Source of the DNA: Chromera velia
Taxonomy: Eukaryota
Reading direction: 5' to 3'
Length of the DNA: 59,591 nt
Assembly: GCA_018398765.1 (NCBI GenBank)
Contig: JAHBMJ010000003.1
Span: 1 to 59,591 of the forward strand
This document shows, one piece after another, positions 48,201-59,591 of this stretch. Position numbers and translations under genes: made by a program. The notes beneath the pieces were generated by a model. It did no database searches. It saw nothing but the letters and a program-made list of their open reading frames with translations, and was not told the DNA's origin. Positions within the stretch are counted from its first letter, which is position 1; every line of letters begins with the position of its first letter.

Positions 48201-51170
48201 GCCAGAGGTACTGTTCGCCCCTTTTATCTGTTTCTCTCTCTCATTAATCTGTTTTCCTAGATAGGCGACTAGATGGGGAGGTGACAAGAAAGAGGGGCAG
48301 GAGACAAGGGGTCTCCTGCTGGGTGGGCGTGGGATCAGCCAGGCAGGAGAGCAAGAAAAATTAGGTAAGAAAGCAAGAAAGTCAGAAGAGCGGGTCCTCT
48401 CCCACTGCATCCTTCCGTAAACCTCTGCAGCCATGCATGTTTAGTAGTTGTCGTGTTCTGTCTCGTCCTGTTTGTGTTTGTATTTGTTTGTTTGTTTACA
48501 CCGTTCTGGCGTAGATGGCGCACATGCCTCTGCGTCCCGGGCAAAGCATCCAGTGCTCGGGCAATGCATGAGGCCATGCAAAAAGCTGGCCCAAATTTTA
48601 TGTAAACCGAGTATCAATTTTTTTGGGGCAGCTTGGGTGGAACGGACGAGCATGGACCGTTTAAGGTCAATTACGTGGGGTGTATGGGCGGGTGGATCCG
48701 ACATTCATGAGGAGGCATTACCCTGTCTACTCGCATCTATTGTTCTGCACTCCGTGTCCGGTGCCCGTCTGCATAAGAGTTCCATGCGCAGGAAATAGAC
48801 GGGCTGTTTTTGCAGCGAAGGTGAGTGCCCAGAGCACTCAAACAGTCCGATCCCTGTGCGATTTCTTTCCTCCGTTTTGAGCAGAATGGGCCTAGCCAGA
48901 CCAGTTAGGGAGCCTGAAAGAACGCTGTCAGCTGGCATGAGGGGCATGAATGATTTTGTATCCATTTATAACCTGGCTGCCTGTCTGCGATCCGTTGTGG
49001 TGATGGAGTTAGCATGCTGCCTGACTGACGCTTTGATCTGTACTTTCGTCTCACTCCCTGTCAGGGCTTTGCATCACCCCCGAGTGAATTTACGAGAGAA
49101 TGTAGATAAAAAGGGGGGAGGGTGCTCACGGGGAGCATCACGTCTGGCAGGTGGCAGCCTAGGCAGGGGGAAAGACCGCTGTGCGCACACCGAAACTTTT
49201 TGTCTCTTTGTCACATCTCTCTCTATGCACAGCGCTTCAGTAGGATCGCAAGGGCGTCCTGCGTTTATGAATGAACTGTCCCGTTCGGATGTGTAAGTGC
49301 CGTGAAAGAGAGACCCGATCCAAGTGCAGGGGGCATTTGGGTGAGTATGCAAGCTCAGGTGTGTTGTGGATGGTTTTTTCTTCTCAGACTGCCGGCATCT
49401 CATCCTGTCTGAAGCCTGTCCTCCGCTGTAGGAAGTCAGGTCAGGGGTGAGTGTAAGTCCGGGTGTGTTCGGTTTTGTTAGTTTGTATTTATGAAATCCT
49501 TTCTCCAGAAGGTCAGGGAAGTGTGTGGTAGCTCTCCTGTGATTTTAATTGTTTTTGCAAGGCATGCGTGAAGAGGTAGGGGGTGCTTTGGGGGCACTTT
49601 CTTTGCAGTGCAGTTCGTTTGTATATGTTTGTTTTCTCTCTCTCTTTCTTCTTTGTTTGGATTTCCGCATGGTCCGGGGAAGCTTGTCGCATCATAGGGG
49701 CGTGCATGGCCAGTGGGCGCTAGCCGGGTATGGGCGTCTTCGGGTTTTCCGTTTTAAATTCGTTTTCACAGACGGAAAGGAGCTGGGAGGGAAGGCCTTC
49801 CCGTCCTGTCTATGTAGGCAAAGACCTTTTGCAGTCGTGTTTTCCTTAAGCTGCCGGTTGGCGTTAGGGGGGCTTGCGATGCCGACGCCCTAATATATGG
49901 CCGACCCGAACTAGAGTAGGGTGGGTAAGGCAAGCAAAACATTTTCCCTACCCTTTATGGTAATCGCGGGGGCCATCCACACATACCGTGTGTACGAGTG
50001 CATGAAAGAAGGAAAAGAAGTATTGGGGGAGAAGGTGGTAAGGACTTTGCTTTTGACAGGCCTGTTCTGTAAGATTGGGTCTCTTTGCTAAGGGGCAGGG
50101 CATGCCAAGGCTGTCAAAGGCTCTTGGTTTCCAATGAACTGCATTTTGGCTTGCATGAGGAATGCTTGTGTTTTGTTTGCCTTTCTTTCTTTTATTTCTT
50201 TCGTACGTTCAGAGCAGGGTCCGTCCGGAGAAGGAAGCATGGCAGGTAGTGTGGGCTCCTGTATGCTAGACATCTTCGGTTTTCTACGTATAGGGCGGGG
50301 CTCCATCTAGAGGCAGATAGGCTGTGTGTCCCATGCGTTCGTTAGCATAAGCAGGCATGGGTTCGAGGCCTGTGTTCTTCTGTGCTGTTCCTTTCGCTTT
50401 TCCTGGTGTGGTTTCGTTTTGTCCCATTCTTCCAGCCCGGTCGGCTGGTATTCATTTCCCTGTTTGCCCTGCACACGCGTGAGCCCGGTATGCTCTCCCT
50501 TGTTACAGGATAATAAATGACGTCTGTAGAGGACGACGCGTGAGAGCACGAGAAAAGGGAATGAGGAGAGAAGAGATAAATGATACATAAGTAATTCTTT
50601 TGTGATTGTGCTGTGTTGGTTGGGAGGAAAAGCAGTCTCCGTTTCGGGTGTGGGGAAAGGGGAGGACCTATGACAATCTCTTCCCTGCATATCTTCTAAA
50701 CGTGTGGGCGTTTTGAGCTAGATGTGTTTGGGGCACGTCCCGGCGTGGCTGCGTCCAACTAATGAGCACATATTCTGGGCTGCTGGCCATAGTGGTGGGG
50801 CAGTGTTCGGGCAGTTCGGGGGATGCCGTATTTTTGTGACTTGCTTGGATGGGGAGCAGTGCTTCTCGCTGCAGGGACTCGTATCTGTGCTTCCACAGGA
50901 GCCTCCAGCAGCAATTGTCTGTTTGCATATGCGGATTACTCTGCCTGCATATAGTAGTTCTTTAGTCAAAAAGAGGACGCTCCCATTAGGTCGCCAGTTA
51001 CGGTGACTGGCAGGCAATGGTTAAGCGTCAGGAAAAGAGGAAAAGGAAAATTGGGGAGCCGGGTGATTAAAGAAAGGTCTTTTCTCATGCTTCCCGATTC
51101 TCCCTCATCAGAGGGGGGTGTATTGTGCTATGTGCTTCATAGTCTTTCCTCGGGAGCTTGGGAGGGTGTG

Positions 51171-51917
51171 TGTGAAAGAAAACGACGGTCCCAATCCTGG
51201 TCGGATTCGTGGAGGGTGAATTCCGGTCCCGGCCTTTCTATTCGTCCCTTCGCCCCAAGCCAGAGAAAGGAGCGACGCTCACATGGCGGCCTGTCCACAC
51301 GGGGTAGCGGGGCGCCTGCGACAGAGGTGTGCATGTTATGAGTTCCATGGTATGGCCTGCATGCACTTTGGCATAAGAAATAAACCCGAGGCACTCACCG
51401 TGGTGGTATGTGTTCCAGGCCTTCATATGGGATTTAATTAGGCCGATGGTGCGGTTATGCCATCAGAGGCTTCAGAATTAATTCCGGTCGAATTAATTTC
51501 CAGACGGTCAGACAGACATGCATGGCAGTTACCGTCTGTTTGAATGAGAGACTTGACCTAGGGATTGACAGAGCTTCATGTGTAGGATCTGTACTGTGCC
51601 CTATGTGTCTCTGTGGTTCTCTTGTGCTCTAAGTATTGCACGAGGCCACCAGCAGGAGTGTACTGTGGACTGTGGAAGTTCATAGATTTTCTGTCTGGTG
51701 AAGAGACTGATCAGATATTTATTTCTGTCCATCTGTATCGGTCTAGATGAGTATGTTAGGTCAACGTATTCGCTGTGGTCCTCTAATAGGAGAGGGCCAG
51801 GAATTCGGGAGTATAGCAGTTTGAGGAGTCCTCTAGAAAGGCTAGAGGATCGATACAGGAAGGCCCATAGGATTCCACTGGAGGAATCTCGAGAGAGGTG
51901 AGACTCTACTTTTCACT
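51171..51917 (+). repeat. 3' LTR of the copia element
   Basis: Homologous to the 5' LTR, preceded by GGGAGCTTGGGAGGG (imperfect PPT) and followed by TSD GCTTT. Confidence 0.95.
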
Positions 51918-54900
51918 GCTTTGGTAGCTATTTTCTTTTCCTGTAGTAGAAGTGGAGACCGGATGGATCTACAGTCACTCTGACAGCAGGTTTTCACTGG
52001 GAGACGCCGTGTTGCACAGTCTTGTGGACTTTGCTTGTAGACGACACCATTGTGGACGCACTGAGTCCCCAATCTCCCCTCACGTTCTTCGGACCTTCAT
52101 CTCCAACCACCTCAACAAGCTTGAGCAAGTGTTCAAGGATCTCCAGCAGCATGATCGCCGCCACTTCGCCATGAGCCGCCCATCCACCAGCTGCCACCAG
52201 TTGCTGCCAAGACTGCACTGAGCCGTCAGTGTACCATCTGCTCGCACCTGCTTTGGGGACCGCCAAGAACTGGGAGTGCCGCACCATTGCTACTGGAATT
52301 TGCTTGTCTGCTTGCCAGGATCATTGAGGAGGCAAGGTTTTGGAAGCACCTCTTTGAGGGGGGGGTTTAGGGAGGGATTCTTCCATCTTTGTTTGGCCGT
52401 CTCCACGTCTTCTGCCAGTTAACGTCCATCCGTGTGCACACCGGCGTGAGGGGGGATACAAGGACGCTCCGCTGAGTTATGAATGCAAGGTTTGCAGTGT
52501 TTGTTTTCTCTTGTTAGGCAGTGAGTGCAAACTGTGCATGTGATCGAACTCTTTGATGGAGAAGCATATAAGACACGATTTGTTCTATCTTTCTGCACAG
52601 CCACTGCATGGATTCTTTCTTTCCCTATTGCTTTTCCAGTGTTGTGAAGCGCTCATCTTTTAAAAGGCAACAGACAGCCAGACCTAAGAGGCAGGCCGAA
52701 GAAAGGCAGACTTAAGAGGCAGGCCGGAGATAGACAGTCTTATGATGCCTAGCCCTCTGACCTTGTTGAACACTTCTTGTGATGCCTAGCCCTCTGTCTC
52801 TCTGTTATCCTTTCATGTATGCTCTTCAATCTTCAACACTGGCAGGCAAGTCACTTGAAAGCAGAAAAAGATTTCATTGGCTTTCAGACAGTCAGACTAA
52901 AAGGCTGTTTCATTCCCTTTGTCTTTATCTTTCCCTGGTGTTTCGCTTCCGTTTCTTTCTCTTTGTAAAGCTTGCATAGAAACGTAATCAAGGGGGGGAG
53001 TTGAAGTATAGGGTATCAGCCTGCCGCGTATCCATGCTTGCTTCTGGACCCGGCAGGCCGAGCGTGCAGGCCGTGCCGCGCGGTGCCGAAGCGCTATGCT
53101 GGCTGGGATAGGATTGCCGCGTGCGCATTCGATTTTGTACGATTTGTGCCGCGCGCATTCAGCACCAGCCAGTTCAGATCGATTCACTTCGTGCAGCACT
53201 AGCTGATTGAACGCCTTTCGGCGGTTCATTCTACTTTGCCTTGACAGACAGACTATTTCATGAAGTAGTTCCACCATCATGAAGATCTAGCTCTGCATTC
53301 TGTTTGACCATCATTTGGTCATTTTTTTTTGCGGTTGACAGCGCTCTGTTGTGTCCCGTTTTGGTCAGTCAATGACGGTCACCGCAACAATCACTTCCGT
53401 CTCCGTATCTTTCTCCAGCAGTCTTTTCCTCCACTCTTCTACGAATTGGAAGCCGCCCGTTCCAGTTAGAACTGGAATGACGGAATGCTTTGGTAGCTAT
53501 TTTCTTTTCTTGTAGCAGAAGTAGAGACCGGATGGATCTGCAGTCGCTCCGATAGTAGGTTTTCACTGGGAGACGCCGTGTTGCACAGTCTTGTGGACTT
53601 TGCTTGCAGACGACACCATTGTGGATGCACTGAGTTCCCAATCTCCCCTCACGTTCTTCGGACCTTCATCTCCAACCACCTCAACAAGCTTGAGCAAGTG
53701 TCCAAGGATCTCCAGCAGCATGATCGCCGCCACTTCGCCATGAGCCGCCCATCCACCAGCTGCCACCAGTTGCTGCCAAGACTGCACTGAGCCGTCAGTG
53801 CACCATCTGCTTGTACCTGCTTTGGGGGCCGCCAAGAACTGGGAGTGCCGCACCATTGCTGCTGGAATTTGCTTGTCTGCTTGCCAGGATCATTGAGGAG
53901 GCAAGGTTTTGGAAGCACCTCTTTGAGGGGGGGGTTTAGGGAGGGATTCTTCCATCTTTGTTTGGCCGTCTCCACGTCTTCTGCCAGTCAACGTCCATCC
54001 GTGTGCACACCGGCGTGAGGGGGGATACAAGGACGCTCCGCTGAGTTATGAATGCAAGGTTTGCAGTGTTTGTTTTCTCTTGTTAGGCAGTGAGTGTAAA
54101 CTATGCATGTGATCGAACTCTTTCAGACATAATAAAATTGATGGAAAAGCATATAAGGCACGATTTATTCTGTCTTTCTACACAGCCACTACATGGATTC
54201 TTTCTTTCTCTGTTGCTTTTCCAGTATTGTAAAGCGCTCATCTTTTGAAAGGCAACAGACAGCCAGACCTAAAAGGCAGGCCGAAGAAAGGCAAACTTAA
54301 GAGGCAGGCCGGAGACAGACAGTCTTATGATGCCTAGCCCTCTGACCTTGTTGAACACTTCTTGTGATGCTTAGCCTTCTGTCTCTCTGTTATCCTTTTA
54401 TGTATGCTTTTCAATCTTCAACACTGGCAGGCAAGTCACTTGAAAGCAGAAAAAGATTTCATTGGCTTTCAGGCAGTCAGACCAAAAGGCTGTTTTATTC
54501 CCTTTGTTTTTATCTTTCCCTGGTGTTTCGCTTCCGTTTCTTTCTCTTTGCAAAGCTTGCATAGAAACGTAATCGAGGGGGGGAGTTGAAGTATAGGGTA
54601 TCAGCCTGCCGCGTATCCATGCTTGCTTCTGGACCCGGCGGGCTGAGCGTGCAGGCCGTGCTGCGCGGTGCCGAAGCGCCATGCTGGCCGGGATAGGATT
54701 GCCGCGTGCGCATTCGATTTTGTACGATTTGTGCCGCGCGCATTCAGCACCAGCCAGTTCAGATCGATTCACTTCGTGCAGCACTAGCTGATCGAACGCC
54801 TTTCGGCGGTTCGTTCTACTTTGCCTTGACAGACAGACTATTTCATGAAGTAGTTCCACCATCATGGAGATCTAGCTCTGCATTCTGTTTGACCATCATT

Positions 54901-56864
54901 TGGTCATTCTCTTTTGCGGTTGACAGCGCTCTGTTGTGTCCCGTTTTGGTTAGTCAATGACGGTCACCGCAACGATCACTTCCGTCTCCGTATCTTTCTC
55001 CAGCAGTCTTTTCCTCCACTCTTCTACGAATTGGAAGCCGCCCGTTCCAGTTAGAACTGGAATGGCGGAATGCTTTGGTAGCTATTTTCTTTTCTTGTAG
55101 CAGAAGTAGAGACCGGATGGATCTGCAGTCGCTCCGACAGCAGGTTTTCACTGGGAGACGCCGTGTTGCACAGTCTTGTGGACTTTGCTTGCGGATGACA
55201 CCATTGTGGACGCACTGAGTCCCTAATTTCCCCTCACGTTCTTCGGACCTTCATCTCCAATCACCTCAACAAGCTTGAGCAAGTGTTCAAGGATCTCCAG
55301 CAGCATGATCGCTGCCACTTCGCCATGAGCCGCCCATCCACCAGCTGCCACCAGTTGCTGCCAAGACTGCACTGAGCCGTCAGTGCACCATCTGCTCGCA
55401 CCTGCTTTAGGGGCCGCCAAAAACTGGGAGTGCCGCACCATCGCTACTGGAATTTGCTTGTCTGCTTGCCAGGATCATTGAGGAGGCAAGGTTTTGGAAG
55501 CACCTCTTTGAGGGGGGGGATTGGGGAGGGATTCTTCCATCTTTGTTTGGCCGTCTCCATGTCTTTTGCCAGTTAACATCCATCCGTGTGCACACCGGCG
55601 TGAGGGGGGATACAAGGACGCTCCGCTGAGTTATGAATGCAAGGTTTGCAGTGTTTGTTTTCTCTTGTTAGGCAGTGAGTGTAAACTATGCATGTGATCA
55701 AACTCTTTCAGACATAATAAAATTGATGGAGAAGCATATAAGGCACGATTTATTCTATCTTTCTGCACAGCCACTACATGGATTCTTTCTTTCTCTGTTG
55801 TTTTTCCAGTATTGTGAAGCGCTCATCTTTTGAAAGGCAACAGACAGCCAGACCTAAGAGGCAGGCCAAAGAAAGGCAGACTTAAGAGGCAGGCCAGAGA
55901 CAGACAGTCTTATGATGCCTAGCCCTCTGACCTTGTTAAACACTTCTTGTGATGCCTAGCCCTCTGTCTCTCTGTTATCCTTTCATGTATGCTCTTCAAT
56001 CTTTAACACTGGCAGGCAAGTCACTTGAAAGCAGAAAAAGATTTCATTAGCTCTCAGGCAGTCAGACCAAAAGGTTGTTTCATTCCCTTTGTCTTTATCT
56101 TTCCCTGGTGTTTCGCTTCCGTTTCTTTCTCTTTGCAAAGCTTGCATAGAAACGTAATCGAGGGGGGGAGTTGAAGTATAGGGTACCAGCCTGTCGTATA
56201 TCCATGTATATCCATACTTGCTTCTGGACCCGGCGGGCCAAGCGTGCAGGCCGTGCCGCGCAGTGCCGAAGCGCCATGCTGGCCGGGATAGGATTGCCGC
56301 GTGCGCATTCGATTTTGTACGATTTATGCCGCGTACATTCAGCACCAGCCAGTTCAGATCGATTCACTTCATGTAGTACTAGCTGATTGAACACCTTTCA
56401 GCGGTTCGTTCTACTTTGCCTTGACGGACAAACTATTTTATGAAGTAGTTCCACCATCATAGAGATCTAGCTCTACATTCCGTTTGACCATCATTTGGTC
56501 ATTCTCTTTTTAGAAATTCTCATTCCCTAATGAATTGGGAGTTGAATTGGGCATCGAATTAGTAGTACTACCAATTTTTTATTGCCAGTAACTCCCAATT
56601 TTAAAAAATTGGTACCTAGTCTAGTGAAAGAAGTACATAAAGTTTGAAGCTAAAATTTTGTGTACGGGCTAGACAGGGGCTCACTAGTCTCTAGCCGCAG
56701 TCATTAGACTCTAATTCATTATTAGGAACAAATTCTATAAACATTTAGAGTTACCTAAAAATTGGGAGTTACCAATTTTTAAATAGGAATTTTTTAGGAC
56801 CGCCGAAAAAAAAATTGGTAGTACAAAAAAAAAAAAAATGGGACTCAACTTAAAACTTTTGTTT

Positions 56865-57600
56865 TATGTGTCATAGTGCACTGCTAACGCAATGCAAAAC
56901 GGACAGTGGACAGCTCTATACAAGCTGCATGTACCAATATAAAAAATAGAGCGAAAATCGATCCAATTGACCATGTAAGCCTACCAGAATTCATAATCCC
57001 TCCATATGTCGGATAGTGGCTGCTGATCTTTGTTCAGATCATGCCCTTCTCTCCCGAACATCTTCTACTTAGTGGTTCCTAGATGCCTCAAATGGAGATT
57101 ATATTCCTTCTTCTTCTCTTCTGATAGATTTTGGGGGGGGACAACATAGGTGTACTGAAAAACGACTAAGGAATCATCTGGAAAAATTCCGATGTCTGCC
57201 TTTTTTCTGTGATCATCTGTGAGCTTTTTTAGCTCCAAAATCTTCACGGTGAACTTGACATCTGAAAATATTGCATGAGCGATGTTCAGCTCTCTCCTCA
57301 CAGCGAATCTCTCCCGAAACTCGGTGGGGATGACAAATCTATCCTTGTCCATTTCCTTTGACCTCTCCCTCTGTTGGCTTTGTGCAACCATGGTTGCAGA
57401 ACGCTGGGGAGGAGGGAAGCGCTAACGAGAACTTTCACTTTTCAATTTCTTCTTTTTCTTTTGTTCTTTCCCTTGATCCGTTTCGTTCTCTCTCTCTCAA
57501 CTTGAGGCTAAGCCTTACGGAGACTAGCAGCTGCCGACTGAATTGAGGCTACCGCAACGGCGACAGACAACTCGGGGACCCCTCTTTCTTGCTTCTGTTT
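56865..57600 (-). pseudogene. Decayed accessory ORF of the CMC-like element (includes the 108-aa ORF 57065-57391)
   Basis: One frame continues through TAG/TAA/TGA stops on both sides of the 108-aa ORF; includes a CRRCG motif and a poly-Lys NLS-like stretch. Confidence 0.5.
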
Positions 57601-57635
57601 GAGGGCTGTCTGCATATCTTTCAGGAGTAAGAGAT

Positions 57636-58186
57636 CATTTAGACGGGAAAGGGATCCGAAAGATTCCAAAAAATAATAGAAAGATTAAATTGGGGGCTGC
57701 AGATGTCAAACACGTTTTCCCTTGTGTGGTTGAGTTCATGGAAAAAAGGTGCCCGGACATTTTTGTTGCAGAGAACCCAGGCCTCTTGCTTATTCTTTTT
57801 ACTTGCATTCGTGGATCCTTTCCATGTTGACAGGTTCAATTACGGATAAGAAACTTGCAGAGCTGAAGACGGAGATAAAGACTTGGTAAGACCTTTTTTG
57901 CAAGTCTTATGGGTGGGCGGTCTCGAAGACTCACTTCTATTTGCATTACATTTTCCTGGGGTGGATCCGCCAGTTTGGGGGGTTGAACACAGCGAAATGC
58001 TACGGCTTTGAGTCATATCATAAGAAGGTTTGCAAACGTTTTATCCTACAAGAGGATGTTATTCATATGATCGTTTTATTCTGGAAGATCTGGTTTTTGC
58101 ATGGTTGTGCAAGAGAAAGAAAGCCATGCAAGCATATTTTACCGATGTGTCACGCCGGGAGGGACTTCGAGCAATGCCATGAATAA
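57636..58186 (+). pseudogene. C-terminal fragment of an EnSpm/Plavaka-type transposase
   Basis: SKTHFYLHYIFLGWIRQFGGLNTAKCYGFESYHKKVCK matches the K.H...HY...IR.FG....FE..H...K signature; one TAA and one frameshift lie upstream. Confidence 0.7.
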
Positions 58187-58358
58187 CACTATAAAACTAT
58201 ACAAAACTTATAGATTTATGAAGTTCTATGCAGCCGCAACATTGTTCTATTACAGTGTTCTTTCTTTTTACATATATTTTACTTTTTAGGAGAAGTTATA
58301 AAATTGGTAGTCCAAAAAAAAAAATTGGGTGTCGATTTTCTTAAAAATTGGTAATTAG

Positions 58359-59556
58359 TCCTAGAAAAAAATTGGTAACTCCCAATTTTTAGGTGACTCT
58401 AAGTCTAGCTCTAAGTGTTCATAGAATTTGTTCCTAATAATGAATTAGAGTCTAATGACTGCGGCTAGAGACTAGTGAGCCCCTGTCTAGCCCATACACA
58501 AAATTTTAGCTTCAAACTCCATGTACTTCTTTCACTAGACTAGGTACCAATTTTTCAAAATTGGGAGTTACTGGCAGTAAAAAATTGGTAGTACTACCAA
58601 TTCGACGCCTAATTCAACTCCCAATTCATTAGGGTTGTGACACACTACAGTTCTAATGTAAGTATAAATAATTAACATAAGATTTTTAAACTTAAATAAT
58701 TTTAGACAATGAAGTGTCAAATTCTAGCTCATTTAATTATTAACAAGTTATGTTGAAGAATTTGAATAAATTAAATTTGACGTGCCAGTGAAGTCTAGTT
58801 CTAAGTCTAGTTTGGAGTCAAACGTGAAGCCATATATGAAGCCTCTGTCTTTAATCTACTTTAATCATATAGTATAGGCCTCCTAGATAGGTTTTTCTCC
58901 TTACATAAGCTCACACTAATGATGAGGTATTAAGGGTCAGAGAGAAGAGGCGCGGCGTCCTAGAAAAAAATTGGTAACTCCCAATTTTTAGGTGACTCTA
59001 AGTCTAGCTCTAAGTGTTCATAGAATTTGTTCCTAATAATGAATTAGAGTCTAATGACTGCGGCTAGAGACTAGTGAGCCCCTGTCTAGCCCATACACAA
59101 AATTTTAGCTTCAAACTCCATGTACTTCTTTCACTAGACTAGGTACCAATTTTTCAAAATTGGGAGTTACTGGCAGTAAAAAATTGGTAGTACTACCAAT
59201 TCGACGCCTAATTCAACTCCCAATTCATTAGGGTTGTGACACACTACAGTTCTAATGTAAGTATAAATAATTAACATAAGATTTTTAAACTTAAATAATT
59301 TTAGACAATGAAGTGTCAAATTCTAGCTCATTTAATTATTAACAAGTTATGTTGAAGAATTTGAATAAATTAAATTTGACGTGCCAGTGAAGTCTAGTTC
59401 TAAGTCTAGTTTGGAGTCAAACGTGAAGCCATATATGAAGCCTCTGTCTTTAATCTACTTTAATCATATAGTATAGGCCTCCTAGATAGGTTTTTCTCCT
59501 TACATAAGCTCACACTAATGATGAGGTATTAAGGGTCAGAGAGAAGAGGCGCGGCG
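58359..59556. repeat. Apparently perfect 599-bp tandem duplication
   Basis: 58359-58957 equals 58958-59556 by eye; it includes the right ends of both the CMC and hAT elements. Confidence 0.9.
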
Positions 59557-59591
59557 CGCGCAGCATCATACCAGTCTAAATCGATCCGCGC

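Larger units (their letters stand above)
56525..58634. mobile_element. CMC (EnSpm/CACTA/Plavaka-like) DNA transposon, internally deleted (2,110 bp)
   Basis: CCC...GGG ends, ~270-bp TIRs with AATTGGKAGT subterminal repeats, 2-bp TSD TT, and a transposase fragment inside. Confidence 0.85.

Noticed and set aside
51918..56510. Retrozyme or Penelope pseudo-LTR array with a hammerhead ribozyme
   Set aside because: I found no CTGANGA...GAAA core on either strand of the repeat unit by eye; the PPT and PBS-like signals fit an LTR-type element better.

Overview
Eukaryotic, intron-rich nuclear DNA. MATH-domain, HPR/RAP-domain and ERGIC-53-type genes plus TGCATGCA motifs suggest an alveolate, probably a chromerid such as Chromera (inference). 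The left half (~1-28.7 kb) holds five host genes: an L-type lectin cargo receptor, a double-MATH protein, a coiled-coil protein, an HPR/RAP RNA-binding protein and a secreted Cys-rich/BPI-like protein. It also has a decayed TE-like ORF with an upstream minisatellite, and AT-rich MITE islands. The right half is one nested transposon cluster: a hAT-type element, 0.8 kb in its intact sibling at 9720-10521, inflated to 29.9 kb (28794-58660, 8-bp TSD intact). Inside it are a TA-TSD element whose two TIRs were each hit by the same MITE, two small MITEs, a tandem array of a TRIM-like LTR element, and a CMC/Plavaka-like deletion derivative. The array is interrupted by a very large (~15.6 kb) Ty1/copia element with atypical ends and about 1,200 extra codons between integrase and RT, and the copia is itself split by a 3.9-kb TIR element. 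The repeats show a strong C:G to T:A mutation bias that includes non-CpG sites, suggesting methylation-driven or RIP-like repeat inactivation. All counts and alignments were done by eye; no database searches were run.
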